DNA of 64,000 nucleotides from Candidatus Omnitrophota bacterium (GTDB lineage Bacteria > Omnitrophota > Gorgyraeia > JABMRG01), in NCBI GenBank assembly GCA_030593065.1, contig JAUVHV010000002.1, positions 33,003 to 97,002 on the forward strand. Reading direction: 5' to 3'. Position 1 is the stretch's first letter. Each line of letters opens with the position of its first letter. Shown one piece after another: positions 1 to 8,461 of the stretch. Under the pieces are notes generated by a model. It ran no database searches and was not told the origin of the DNA. It worked only from the letters and a program-made list of their open reading frames with translations. The position numbers were made by a program, and so were the translations under genes.

Positions 1-3000
1 GGCGGTGCGATTGCGAATTAGAGGCAGGGGAATCTGGATAATAATCCCCAATTCCTCAATATGCCTGCGTAAAGAAGCAGGAATAAGCTCTAAATATTCT
101 TCTTTAAGCGAACATACCCTTAAACCTGCTTTATCAACTATCTGTAATGGCATATCCCTGGCGCTGATTATTTTAAAGTTACCAAAGTTAGTCGATTTAT
201 TCTCAGTAGGTTTTGTGGCGATAAAATCGGATTGGGCCAATAGTTCTTTCTCTATAAGCAAAGGCTGTTTATTGCCTTCATAATCAAGAAGGTAAATAGT
301 AAAGTTCTCATTTTGGGCAAGGCCAGCAAAGGTCTTCCAACTCCTTTGGGCAAGCATAGCGTCAAGTTCGGGGATAGTATTATCAATCGTCTTAATCCGC
401 CGCACTGTTACGCCTTGTTTTACGCTTTCATCATTAACTTTGCGTATGCCGGTGAGTTTAATCGCCTTTGGCTTGCCTGATGTGTCTTTGATTACAGTAA
501 AACTAAAGATGTAAGCGCGGTCTCGGTTTTTAGTAATAAACTCCAGTCTATCTACCCCCTCAAATATGGTATATTTACCGGTACCAAAAAACCCGGCTAA
601 CTCTATCTGTTCCCCCTTTGCCTTAGTCGATTTAGGAATAAGCAGGGCTACTTCCTTAAGCGCGCCTGTGCCATCATCAGCAGCCTCTTCTACATACTCT
701 TCCTCTCCATACTCATTTTTCTGAAGGTAGAAATCAATTACCAGCTCTGAACTTTCCGCATCGCTTGAGTTCTGGGTAATCTCGCGAGCATAACCACCGG
801 ACTCAGCTTGCACGGTTATATTTTTCAATAACTCGGCCTCTAAGCTATTAGAACGCTTGGGGGGACTATGGATATGCTCAAGAAGATAATCTATATCCAT
901 AACTATATCCTCTTCACCGGCTTTGGGACGCCTCTGCTCTAATTTAATTATCTGAGAAAGTTCAATTCCCCCTTTAGCAAGGGCAAAATCTCTACCAATG
1001 AAAACAAGGCGCCTTTTTTCTTTTATCTGCTCTACCTCATTAGCAAGAAAGATTATAAATGCCCGCGCTTCACCCAGATTATGGGGTTTATCCGGGTGTT
1101 CAATATAGGAAAGAATATCATCGAAATCAAGAACCTTAAATGTCTGGTGCAATCTTTCCAGGAACTTTCTCTTTACCCCATCTTTTGCATCAAGAATTTT
1201 AGAGAGCTGATTTTTTACAACTTGGATATTTTTACCATCGTCCAAGCTTGCGGCACAGGAAAGAAATTGAACAATATCAGTAATCTCAGAGAGTTTAATC
1301 TGATTATAGGTTGCTCCTTTCAGATCCTGGATAAAACGGGCAATAAGAGGAATGGCATCAACCTTTTCCTGAGCATCTATATCCCACCCATGACCTAATA
1401 CCTCAAAAACATTGCTATCAATAACGTCAAATCTTAATTCAGGATTGCTGCTCAGCCAAAATAGTTGGCTAAATAAAATATTATAAAAGTCCTTTTGGAC
1501 TGTATATTCTTCCTGGGTGAGCAGACCTGCTACAGAATTGAGATATTCAGGAAGAACCTTCAGGATCTCGTGCATTCTTTCGCTAAGCATATCAAAGGGC
1601 AAAGGTATGCCTAAATCCAAAGTCTCACCACTTAAAGCGTCTTTATATCTTTTTACAATCTCTTTCTCCTGGTCTTCATACAGTTTAGTAATAAATTGTT
1701 TAATTATGCGTTCAATGTCCCCCTCATATTCTTCAGGAATTAGCTCAAGAAACGGTTCATAAGCAATTTTTGCCTGAGCGATGAATTCATCTCTTCTGGG
1801 CAAAATATTATTTTGCCACAATTTAATTGCCTTTTTTTCATCTTTAGTTTCAATTTCGAAATCCTGCTTAGTTTCGGGCATACCCGAAATCCCTCTCCAT
1901 TCATCATGATAGCTTTGTGCCACAGCTTGAGCAATAGCGGCTAAGGTTTCTGCTTTATGATCTGACGAAGGAATGTTATTTACTACTATAGTGAGGGCTT
2001 GGGTAACCAACTCCTGAGCCTGGGTGATGTTACCGCTTTGTGCCGCAGCCTGAGCAATAGCAGCTAAGGCTTTTGTTTTATGATAAAAGTCAAAAATATC
2101 ATTTTCTGTTATTGTGAGAGCTTGGGTGACCAACTCCTGGGCTTGGGTGATGTTACCGCTTTGTGCTGCAGCCTGAGCAATAGCAGCTAAGGCTTTTGTT
2201 TTATGATAATAAGAGTTAGAAATATCATTTTCTGCTATTGTGAGGGCTTGGGTGACCAACTCCTGAGCTTGGGTGATGTTGCCGCTTTGTGCTAGAGCTT
2301 GAGCAATAGCAGCTAAGGTTTTTGTTTTATAAGGGAGGTCAAGAATATCATTTCTTGCTATGGTGAGGGCTTGGGTAAATAACTTCTGGGCTTGGGTGAT
2401 GTTGCCGCTTTGTGCTGCAGCCTGAGCAATAGCAGCTAAGGTTTCTGCTTTATAAAAGGAACTGGTAATTTCATTTCTTACTATTGTAAGAGCTTGAGTA
2501 ATATCGCCGCTTTGTGCTAGAGCTTGAGCAATAGCAGTTAAGACTTCTGTTTTATAGGAGAAGTCAAGAATATCATTCCTTGCTATGGTAAGAGCTTGGG
2601 CAAATAACTTCTGGGCTTGGGTGATGTTGCCGCTTTGTGCTGCAGCCTGAGCAATAGCAGCTAAGGTTTTTGCTTTATAATAATAAGAGTCAGAAATATC
2701 ATTTTCTGCTATTGTGAGGGCTTGGGTGACCAACTCCTGAGATTGGGTAATATCGCCGCTTTGTGCTAGAGCTTGAGCAATAGCAGCTAAGGCTTCTGCT
2801 TTATAAAAAGGATCACTAATCTCATTCGCGGCAAGTAAAAGTCCGTTAAATATTTCTTCCTGCCTTGTATCAATGGGGCCTTGCGCAGAGACAAAAATCG
2901 GCTCTTCGGGCCTGGCGGGGTCGAGATAGATTACATCCCCGGTTTTGGGGTTGAGAAAGACAAAGTATTTGCCGTCAAAAGAGACAGAGCTATATTCATA

Positions 3001-6000
3001 AGCAACTTTCAGCTTGTCAGAAGCTATGCTACCTTCAAGCCACCAGGTATTCTCTAAAATTACGGATTGATGAGGAAAACAAGCAGTAACCGCACCATTA
3101 AAACAACCTGTTTGATCACCGTCGAGATTGTATTCATAAATTTTCCCTTCAAAGTAAGATATCAACTTGCTCCTCGTGGGTTTATAATTCACAACCTCAC
3201 CTTTAAAAGGAATTTTCTTGCCGGGTTCCATACCAATCGCCACTGGATTATCCGGATCAGAGTTGTCGATGAAAAGATCAAAATGAGGGTGCTTGTATGC
3301 GCCTTTTTGATTTAGTCTCTGGAGCGGATCTACTGAAATGACTCTGTGAAACCATTCACCATCCCTGGCTGCCTTGTATGTCCCATTAATAAAACCCTCT
3401 CTATAATCAAAAGGCCCAAAACTCTTATCATAGATATCACCTTCTTCGGTAAAAAATAATGTTCTATTATTTTCAAATATTACCCAATAAACTGCTTTAC
3501 CGTTTTTCCAGCCTGTGCCTATACTTTGTATCTCCTCCCCTCCAAAATCGGGTAGATAAAGCAGATTCTTTATCTTATGAATATAGATAAATGTATCTCC
3601 AGATGTTGTGCCAACTGCTACTGTATATGTTCCGGTAGAATCAGTATGCAGGTACTTAAGCAGGTACTTAAGTTCGTCTCCAGCACCAACGCACTTTCCT
3701 GTTTCCAAATCAATCAAACTCATCAACGCAGAATCTTTATCCCGCACAAAGGCCACATTAGCAAAAGGATTGATAGCGTATTCCACATTGCCTTTGCCCA
3801 GATTAATACGGCCGATTATTTCTCCACCCTTATCAGGGAAAAACTCTGCAATAAAGGCACCTTTGGAAATTTTTAATTTTGTTTTCGCGGAAGCTACTGC
3901 TTCTACTGGGATTATCTTTATAATCACAAGCTCTTTTTGGCCTGTTTCTTTGTCTTCCAAATAGGTCAAGTACTTGCCATCTTTGCTGAATTGGAGATCA
4001 GAATAAGGGTTTTGTAATGGCTTAACCGTAGGCTGCATAGAAAAACCTGACCCCAAATAATATTTTTGCCCATTCTCTACATCAAAGACTTCTCCATTCA
4101 TTGTGCCGTCTCTCCTTTGCACATAGGCAAAGCGTTTGCCAGATGGAATAATTATATCGCCTTCATCTTTAGAAACATGGAATACTGGTGGAAAAAAGAT
4201 ATCCTTACCTAATTTTTGGATATTACATGAACTCTTTGTTGTAACTTTATAGTATCCTTTTCCTAACAGTTCTATCTGCTCTATAGCTCTATGCCTACTG
4301 GCTATATTTGTCTCCAGGTCAAGCAGGTCTCCATTCTCTAACAATACAGTTTTTTGGTTAGCATCAAGAGGAGGTTTATTAGTTTTTGCGATTGGTGCTT
4401 CAACAGAAACAGGGGGCCTGGCAAGAAACTTATTAATTGCCTCTGAATCAATCTCGCCTTGGCTTTTTATAAGGTCAGCCTGAGAAGCTAATCTCAGGTT
4501 TTCTTTGGGTTTGGTAATCTCATAAGAGGTAACCACCTGTTCAGCGGTAATTATATTGACTATCTGTAAGAGCAAGGCCAATTCTCTCTCTTCATCACCT
4601 GTTAATCCTTTCACTCTTTTAGCTGTTAATTCACTAAGCCTCTTGCTGCCTGATAAGTTACTGGCAATGGCAATAAACCTGTCTGTCCTGATGATGGGCA
4701 ACCGGCCTTCCTGCTGCCAGGTATGCCACTGGCGATGGTATCTTAAGACACCTTTTAGGCTCTCTTCAGTAAATGGAACGAGAACCAGCGGTAAGTGTTT
4801 ATCCCCATCCAAGCTGATACCAGAGACTACAACTCCTCCGATCTCCTTAAGGCTCAATACCCCCTGCCAATCAAACAAGTTCTTATTCACAAACAGAACT
4901 TCTTTGCCTTGCGGAATGGTCAATTTTTTAAATAGTTTATCGTGGGGTAAAATAACAAAGTTCTCTTCTCTTAAGGCACTTATAATTTCCGCTAAAAGTT
5001 TCTGAGTATTCGCACAGATAGCCTTGATAGTGTGAGCATAGTTTTCATTGCCCTGGATTAATTCCTCAAGCCCCACTACAATGGTATTGATATATCTGAT
5101 TTTGTCAACATTGGAGAGGGTGGAATGACTGATGATTTCAATAATAGCTTTCTCTACTGCCAACTGAAAATTGGATTTTTCTCCCGACTTAAGTTCAAGT
5201 GGAATGATGATATTGTCCCGGGATTCAGGCACATCTAAAAGAGAGCCAAACTCAATCATCAGCCCGCCCTCAGTAGTAGCCTCTTTAGCAATATCCTGTG
5301 GAATGTCAACAGCCACAATCACCTCGCTGTTTCTGGAGAAAGAGACTCTATGGGGGAGTGTAGTATCCTGCACCACCTTAATCTTGCTAAGTTCTTTCTG
5401 AGCTGCTTCACCACTTAAAGGCTCTGGATGCTTGGTTCCCTGTTTAGGAACAAACATCCGGGAAAGAACCCCTGCTGCCATACCTCTACCATTATCTATT
5501 ATTTTTACTGTGTGCCCGCGTAATTGAATCTGAATATTACCCGCTCTTTTTTCCGGTGTATAAACCGAGTCTTTAGGAGGAACTATAACCTCTTTCTCTC
5601 CAAAACCATTCACTTTTTGGGGTTCTTTATTCTCTACTTGAGTGGTTATTTCTACAGCAGTAACATAAGGGAAACGCTTGTGAATAGCTTCTGCAATGCC
5701 TTCCTGGGAATTACGGCGTTGCCTACCAAGTTCCTCACCTGTTAATGGTAGCTTATTCTTAGTAGCTATCTTCACCACTGTTCCCTGCTCTACTGTCTGG
5801 CCACAGGCCTTTTGAAATACCTGAAGAGAAATCTTTCTAATCTGGATATAATTCTGCCCTTGTGTATCTTTGAGTATAATAAGCTGATAAGGCAGTCCTT
5901 GCTTTTCCTTTGTAAAAACATCTATCCTGTCTGCGCCCGTAGGCTCTAACCAATCAATGATTTGCTTGACACCTTTGCCAAATTGACCAATCTCAAGTCC

Positions 6001-8139
6001 AAGCGCATCAAGGCCGTTAGAAATAGCTTCTAATATTCCCTGGGCACGGGGATTTTTGTTTTGTCCAATAATCTCAATCCTTAGCCTGGGGTCCTGATAA
6101 GTTGAGTTATTAATAAGGTTGATAATCTCCCTGGTATAACCTTTTTCAGTAAGGCTCTCATAGATCCTCTGATAAGCAGCATCTCTGAAAAGCCCCTGTT
6201 TAACACCCAAAACAGAAAGAATTCTTTGCAGTACTTCCGATGGTAAATTCTGCTCCGCCAGTTTATTCTGCGCCCAGACAAAATGTTCAAGGCTAACTCC
6301 AAAAAAGTTTTGCTTAGAGTCCGAATATTCAAATGCCTGTTGGCTTTTCTTGACTATTTTGGCGTCTTGCGGCTTAAATGGTAACCAGGTCGATTCTAAA
6401 GAATCGCCCTCTTTGGCCCTCTCCTTGCCCGCAGAGGAGGCTTTTCCCTTCTCTGCCATATTCCAAATTTCTTTAAAAGCCTCTTTCGTATATTCTCTTA
6501 TTTCCCGTGGACAAAGATCGCCGTTAACAAGAGGCGCTGAGAGCATATGCTTAAAAGATTCTGTTAATTCCGCAATGTCCGGTAATATGCCTGCCATTCT
6601 GTCTGAGTACAGCTTTTCGTAATTTTCTATGCCAATGTTTGGACATATTACAACGTAGGATATATCTTTCTCTTTTAATATATTTGTTATGCCCTGGGTA
6701 TGAAAGCCGCCTGTTATGAGCATGGCTCTCTCTTTACGGCTGCGGCTCATAGCCTTTAGCGTGTTACCTACTAACGCTATGTCTCTTTTTAAAGCAAGTT
6801 GATAGTATCTTTTGGAATTATCTATCGCCTGTTGTTCTATGCAGGTTGAAGTGACAACATGGTTTAGATTCAGGCCATATTCAGCAAAAGCTGCTTTTAA
6901 AAATTGCTGAATATTTACAATGTTGGATGATTGTAAATTTTTATCTAAGTAATGCAGTTGCCTGGGGGTAAGTTCCAAGCTATATAGGCCTTGTAATATC
7001 TTTACTGACTTACTATACAATACCAGGTTTTTCTGAATGGGCGTTTTAGACAGGGCAAGCATAAGCTCCCCTTCCAGGTCTTCTGCTTCATCAAATACTT
7101 TAATATGGTTTATCTCTTTGGAGAATTTTAGGTAGTCGATGTATATGGTTAAGTGGTTATAGGTGTTTGGTGTTAAAAATTGTTCAAGATAATTATAAAA
7201 GGCTATATCCGAGAGCTTATTGAGTTTGAAGTCGAGGCTATTTTTAAGAAGCTCCTGCAGCTTCTCATTCTCTAGGTTTTCGGAGAGGTGCTTAATCAAC
7301 TCTTCTCTCTGAGCTTGGGCATCTTTAAAATCTACGCTCTTCTCTTTTTCAATAAGCCGGATGAACTCATTGAGGCTCTTATATTTCTCGATATCTACTT
7401 TTGTCTTTTTGGAGTAATATTGCAATGCTTCAAGATATTCCGGAAGTTGGAGCTGCTTTGCGTAATAAAAACCGGCTTTCTTATCTATATCTTTTAACTG
7501 TTTAGAATATACCTTTTTCTTTAAGATATTTATGCTTATTTCAACAGCTTTAAGGAATTTTAAGATTTTGTCTCTATCTAATCTATTCTCTTTGTAGGAT
7601 GCAAGGTGTTCTAAGTAGGCGGCTTTATCTTCCGTACCCTGAGCCTTGAGGGACTTATCCGTATTTGTTATCTTATAAAACTCAGCACCGGTAAAAAGGC
7701 CTTTTTCAACGAAGAGCTTAGCTGTTTTATTCTTTATCTTACCATCCGGGAATTTATTGTAGAACAAGGTATTGAGTTCTTTTGACGCACCCTCTAAACA
7801 CATAAGGTGTGTATTATGCTTTATATTAAACTCATCTATTATCTTCGCTATGTTAAGCTGGGCAACAGGGTCTATATGGCGGTCCTGGATATGTACAACC
7901 AAAAAGTCTCCTTCGCCCTTATAGGTATCTATGACCCTTCCTATCGATTCAGGTATAGTGATAGAGCCGGGATCGCTTACTATGTCAGTTCTTTTTTGCG
8001 TTAAACTATCCTCTACCAGATATCTTTTGGCATGAGGTTGTGATCCAAATAAGGTAGGATAGCAATAACCATAGGTACTGGTCAAAGCTATACTACTGCT
8101 GAGTATTATAGATAATATTCTTTTAATATTTAAACTCAT
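1..8139 (-). CDS. Giant multidomain protein. N-terminal 2713 codons lie in the window; the gene starts at ATG 8139 and runs off the window at position 1 without a stop.
   Basis: I translated the reverse complement block by block in the frame whose codons end at plus-strand coordinates divisible by 3. No stop codon occurs from 8139 down to 1. An in-frame TAG lies immediately upstream at 8140-8142. The N-terminus reads MSLNIKRILSIILSSSIALTSTYGYCYP. The ORF track omits it because it has no in-window stop. Confidence 0.8.
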   Translation of the reverse strand, partial: MSLNIKRILSIILSSSIALTSTYGYCYPTLFGSQPHAKRYLVEDSLTQKRTDIVSDPGSITIPESIGRVIDTYKGEGDFLVVHIQDRHIDPVAQLNIAKIIDEFNIKHNTHLMCLEGASKELNTLFYNKFPDGKIKNKTAKLFVEKGLFTGAEFYKITNTDKSLKAQGTEDKAAYLEHLASYKENRLDRDKILKFLKAVEISINILKKKVYSKQLKDIDKKAGFYYAKQLQLPEYLEALQYYSKKTKVDIEKYKSLNEFIRLIEKEKSVDFKDAQAQREELIKHLSENLENEKLQELLKNSLDFKLNKLSDIAFYNYLEQFLTPNTYNHLTIYIDYLKFSKEINHIKVFDEAEDLEGELMLALSKTPIQKNLVLYSKSVKILQGLYSLELTPRQLHYLDKNLQSSNIVNIQQFLKAAFAEYGLNLNHVVTSTCIEQQAIDNSKRYYQLALKRDIALVGNTLKAMSRSRKERAMLITGGFHTQGITNILKEKDISYVVICPNIGIENYEKLYSDRMAGILPDIAELTESFKHMLSAPLVNGDLCPREIREYTKEAFKEIWNMAEKGKASSAGKERAKEGDSLESTWLPFKPQDAKIVKKSQQAFEYSDSKQNFFGVSLEHFVWAQNKLAEQNLPSEVLQRILSVLGVKQGLFRDAAYQRIYESLTEKGYTREIINLINNSTYQDPRLRIEIIGQNKNPRAQGILEAISNGLDALGLEIGQFGKGVKQIIDWLEPTGADRIDVFTKEKQGLPYQLIILKDTQGQNYIQIRKISLQVFQKACGQTVEQGTVVKIATKNKLPLTGEELGRQRRNSQEGIAEAIHKRFPYVTAVEITTQVENKEPQKVNGFGEKEVIVPPKDSVYTPEKRAGNIQIQLRGHTVKIIDNGRGMAAGVLSRMFVPKQGTKHPEPLSGEAAQKELSKIKVVQDTTLPHRVSFSRNSEVIVAVDIPQDIAKEATTEGGLMIEFGSLLDVPESRDNIIIPLELKSGEKSNFQLAVEKAIIEIISHSTLSNVDKIRYINTIVVGLEELIQGNENYAHTIKAICANTQKLLAEIISALREENFVILPHDKLFKKLTIPQGKEVLFVNKNLFDWQGVLSLKEIGGVVVSGISLDGDKHLPLVLVPFTEESLKGVLRYHRQWHTWQQEGRLPIIRTDRFIAIASNLSGSKRLSELTAKRVKGLTGDEERELALLLQIVNIITAEQVVTSYEITKPKENLRLASQADLIKSQGEIDSEAINKFLARPPVSVEAPIAKTNKPPLDANQKTVLLENGDLLDLETNIASRHRAIEQIELLGKGYYKVTTKSSCNIQKLGKDIFFPPVFHVSKDEGDIIIPSGKRFAYVQRRDGTMNGEVFDVENGQKYYLGSGFSMQPTVKPLQNPYSDLQFSKDGKYLTYLEDKETGQKELVIIKIIPVEAVASAKTKLKISKGAFIAEFFPDKGGEIIGRINLGKGNVEYAINPFANVAFVRDKDSALMSLIDLETGKCVGAGDELKYLLKYLHTDSTGTYTVAVGTTSGDTFIYIHKIKNLLYLPDFGGEEIQSIGTGWKNGKAVYWVIFENNRTLFFTEEGDIYDKSFGPFDYREGFINGTYKAARDGEWFHRVISVDPLQRLNQKGAYKHPHFDLFIDNSDPDNPVAIGMEPGKKIPFKGEVVNYKPTRSKLISYFEGKIYEYNLDGDQTGCFNGAVTACFPHQSVILENTWWLEGSIASDKLKVAYEYSSVSFDGKYFVFLNPKTGDVIYLDPARPEEPIFVSAQGPIDTRQEEIFNGLLLAANEISDPFYKAEALAAIAQALAQSGDITQSQELVTQALTIAENDISDSYYYKAKTLAAIAQAAAQSGNITQAQKLFAQALTIARNDILDFSYKTEVLTAIAQALAQSGDITQALTIVRNEITSSFYKAETLAAIAQAAAQSGNITQAQKLFTQALTIARNDILDLPYKTKTLAAIAQALAQSGNITQAQELVTQALTIAENDISNSYYHKTKALAAIAQAAAQSGNITQAQELVTQALTITENDIFDFYHKTKALAAIAQAAAQSGNITQAQELVTQALTIVVNNIPSSDHKAETLAAIAQAVAQSYHDEWRGISGMPETKQDFEIETKDEKKAIKLWQNNILPRRDEFIAQAKIAYEPFLELIPEEYEGDIERIIKQFITKLYEDQEKEIVKRYKDALSGETLDLGIPLPFDMLSERMHEILKVLPEYLNSVAGLLTQEEYTVQKDFYNILFSQLFWLSSNPELRFDVIDSNVFEVLGHGWDIDAQEKVDAIPLIARFIQDLKGATYNQIKLSEITDIVQFLSCAASLDDGKNIQVVKNQLSKILDAKDGVKRKFLERLHQTFKVLDFDDILSYIEHPDKPHNLGEARAFIIFLANEVEQIKEKRRLVFIGRDFALAKGGIELSQIIKLEQRRPKAGEEDIVMDIDYLLEHIHSPPKRSNSLEAELLKNITVQAESGGYAREITQNSSDAESSELVIDFYLQKNEYGEEEYVEEAADDGTGALKEVALLIPKSTKAKGEQIELAGFFGTGKYTIFEGVDRLEFITKNRDRAYIFSFTVIKDTSGKPKAIKLTGIRKVNDESVKQGVTVRRIKTIDNTIPELDAMLAQRSWKTFAGLAQNENFTIYLLDYEGNKQPLLIEKELLAQSDFIATKPTENKSTNFGNFKIISARDMPLQIVDKAGLRVCSLKEEYLELIPASLRRHIEELGIIIQIPLPLIRNRTA
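560..790 (-). other. HSP90/sacsin/MORC-type HATPase (Bergerat fold) motif set in the C-proximal part of the giant protein
   Basis: N-box REITQNSSDA occupies 757-780. About 34 aa later, G1 box AADDGTGA occupies 661-678. About 28 aa later, G2 box GFFGTGKYTIF occupies 568-594. Order and spacing match HSP90 motifs I, II and III. Confidence 0.55.
1925..2815 (-). repeat. About 7.5 tandem copies of a 120-bp unit encoding 40-aa alpha-helical TPR-like repeats (one copy is 99 bp / 33 aa)
   Basis: The repeat is directly visible as a 120-nt periodicity: ttgtgc(c/t)gcagcctgagcaatagcagctaaggc ... gggcttgggtgatgtt. It translates to YKA(K/E)TLAAIAQA(A/L)AQSG(N/D)ITQAQ(E/K)L(V/F)TQALTIA(E/R)NDI. Confidence 0.9.
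2880..4300 (-). other. Beta-strand-rich region of the giant protein, possibly a beta-propeller
   Basis: Repeated patterns such as KDGKYLTY, GTYTVAVG and DGKYFVFLNPKTGDVIYL are reminiscent of propeller blades. This is inference only. Confidence 0.25.
5480..6050 (-). other. GHKL-superfamily-like motifs in the giant protein
   Basis: ILEAISNGLDAL is N-box-like (E-x-I-x-N-x-x-D-A). VKIIDNGRGMAAGV is G1-box-like (D-N-G-x-G-M). The spacing between them, about 180 aa, is atypical. Confidence 0.3.
6650..7920 (-). other. Region of the giant protein with TraB/GumN/Tiki-like motifs
   Basis: GDFLVVHIQDRH lies near 7890. The downstream motif MLITGGFHTQGITNILKEKDISYVV lies near 6690 and resembles the GxxH ... 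GGxHxxG pattern of the TraB/GumN family. This is a weak, motif-only call. Confidence 0.25.
8073..8118 (-). other. N-terminal hydrophobic segment of the giant protein (signal peptide or membrane anchor)
   Basis: Residues about 8-22 (ILSIILSSSIALTST) follow the positively charged stretch KR. Confidence 0.4.
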
Positions 8140-8344
8140 ACTTATACCCTATAAATAATCTTTACCTTATTAAAAGGTCTTAATATGTGGGGTTAATAAA
8201 CTGGCTGCTCACTTGTTTTGTCGCAACTCTTATTACTATATAAAAAAGATACCCTGTTTTTCGCTTTAAGTCAAGGGGGAGGGGCTATTTTTCGTATTAT
8301 TATTAGAGTTTCGTTGAAACTCTTTAGATTGGATAAGTGGTGAA

Positions 8345-8453
8345 AATATTACTTGTGTCTTCTGCCTTTAGCAGCGCATTGGCTTTTTTTGCCATGAACG
8401 TAAATAGACGGCAAAAATACCTGCGCTGCTAAAGGCAAAGGCATAAGTAATAT
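8345..8453. repeat. Palindromic ~110-bp intergenic element, copy 1 of 3
   Basis: Inverted arms (c)ttatgcctttgcctttagcagcgc / gcgctgctaaaggcaaaggcataag flank a centre that holds an inner hairpin ggctttttttgcc ... ggcaaaaatacc. Near-identical copies lie at 13674-13783 and 57139-57240. Confidence 0.85.
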
Positions 8454-8461
8454 TCCTATCA

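Noticed and set aside
568-594. GFFGTGKYT read as a Walker A P-loop (GxxxxGK[ST])
   Set aside because: The residue after Lys is Tyr, not Ser or Thr. The motif sits exactly where the HSP90 motif III (GQFGVGFYS) is expected, after an N-box and a DxGxG box. I interpret it as a GHKL G2 box, not a P-loop.
1-8139. Absence of any long ORF in the supplied track over the first 8 kb, which might suggest non-coding DNA, an alternative genetic code or a pseudogene
   Set aside because: Manual translation of the minus strand in one frame shows no stops under the standard code for 2713 codons. The track omits it only because the ORF has no stop inside the window. The short plus-strand ORFs listed here (for example 1081-1398, 3608-3964, 4556-5005, 6350-6622) are antisense artefacts.
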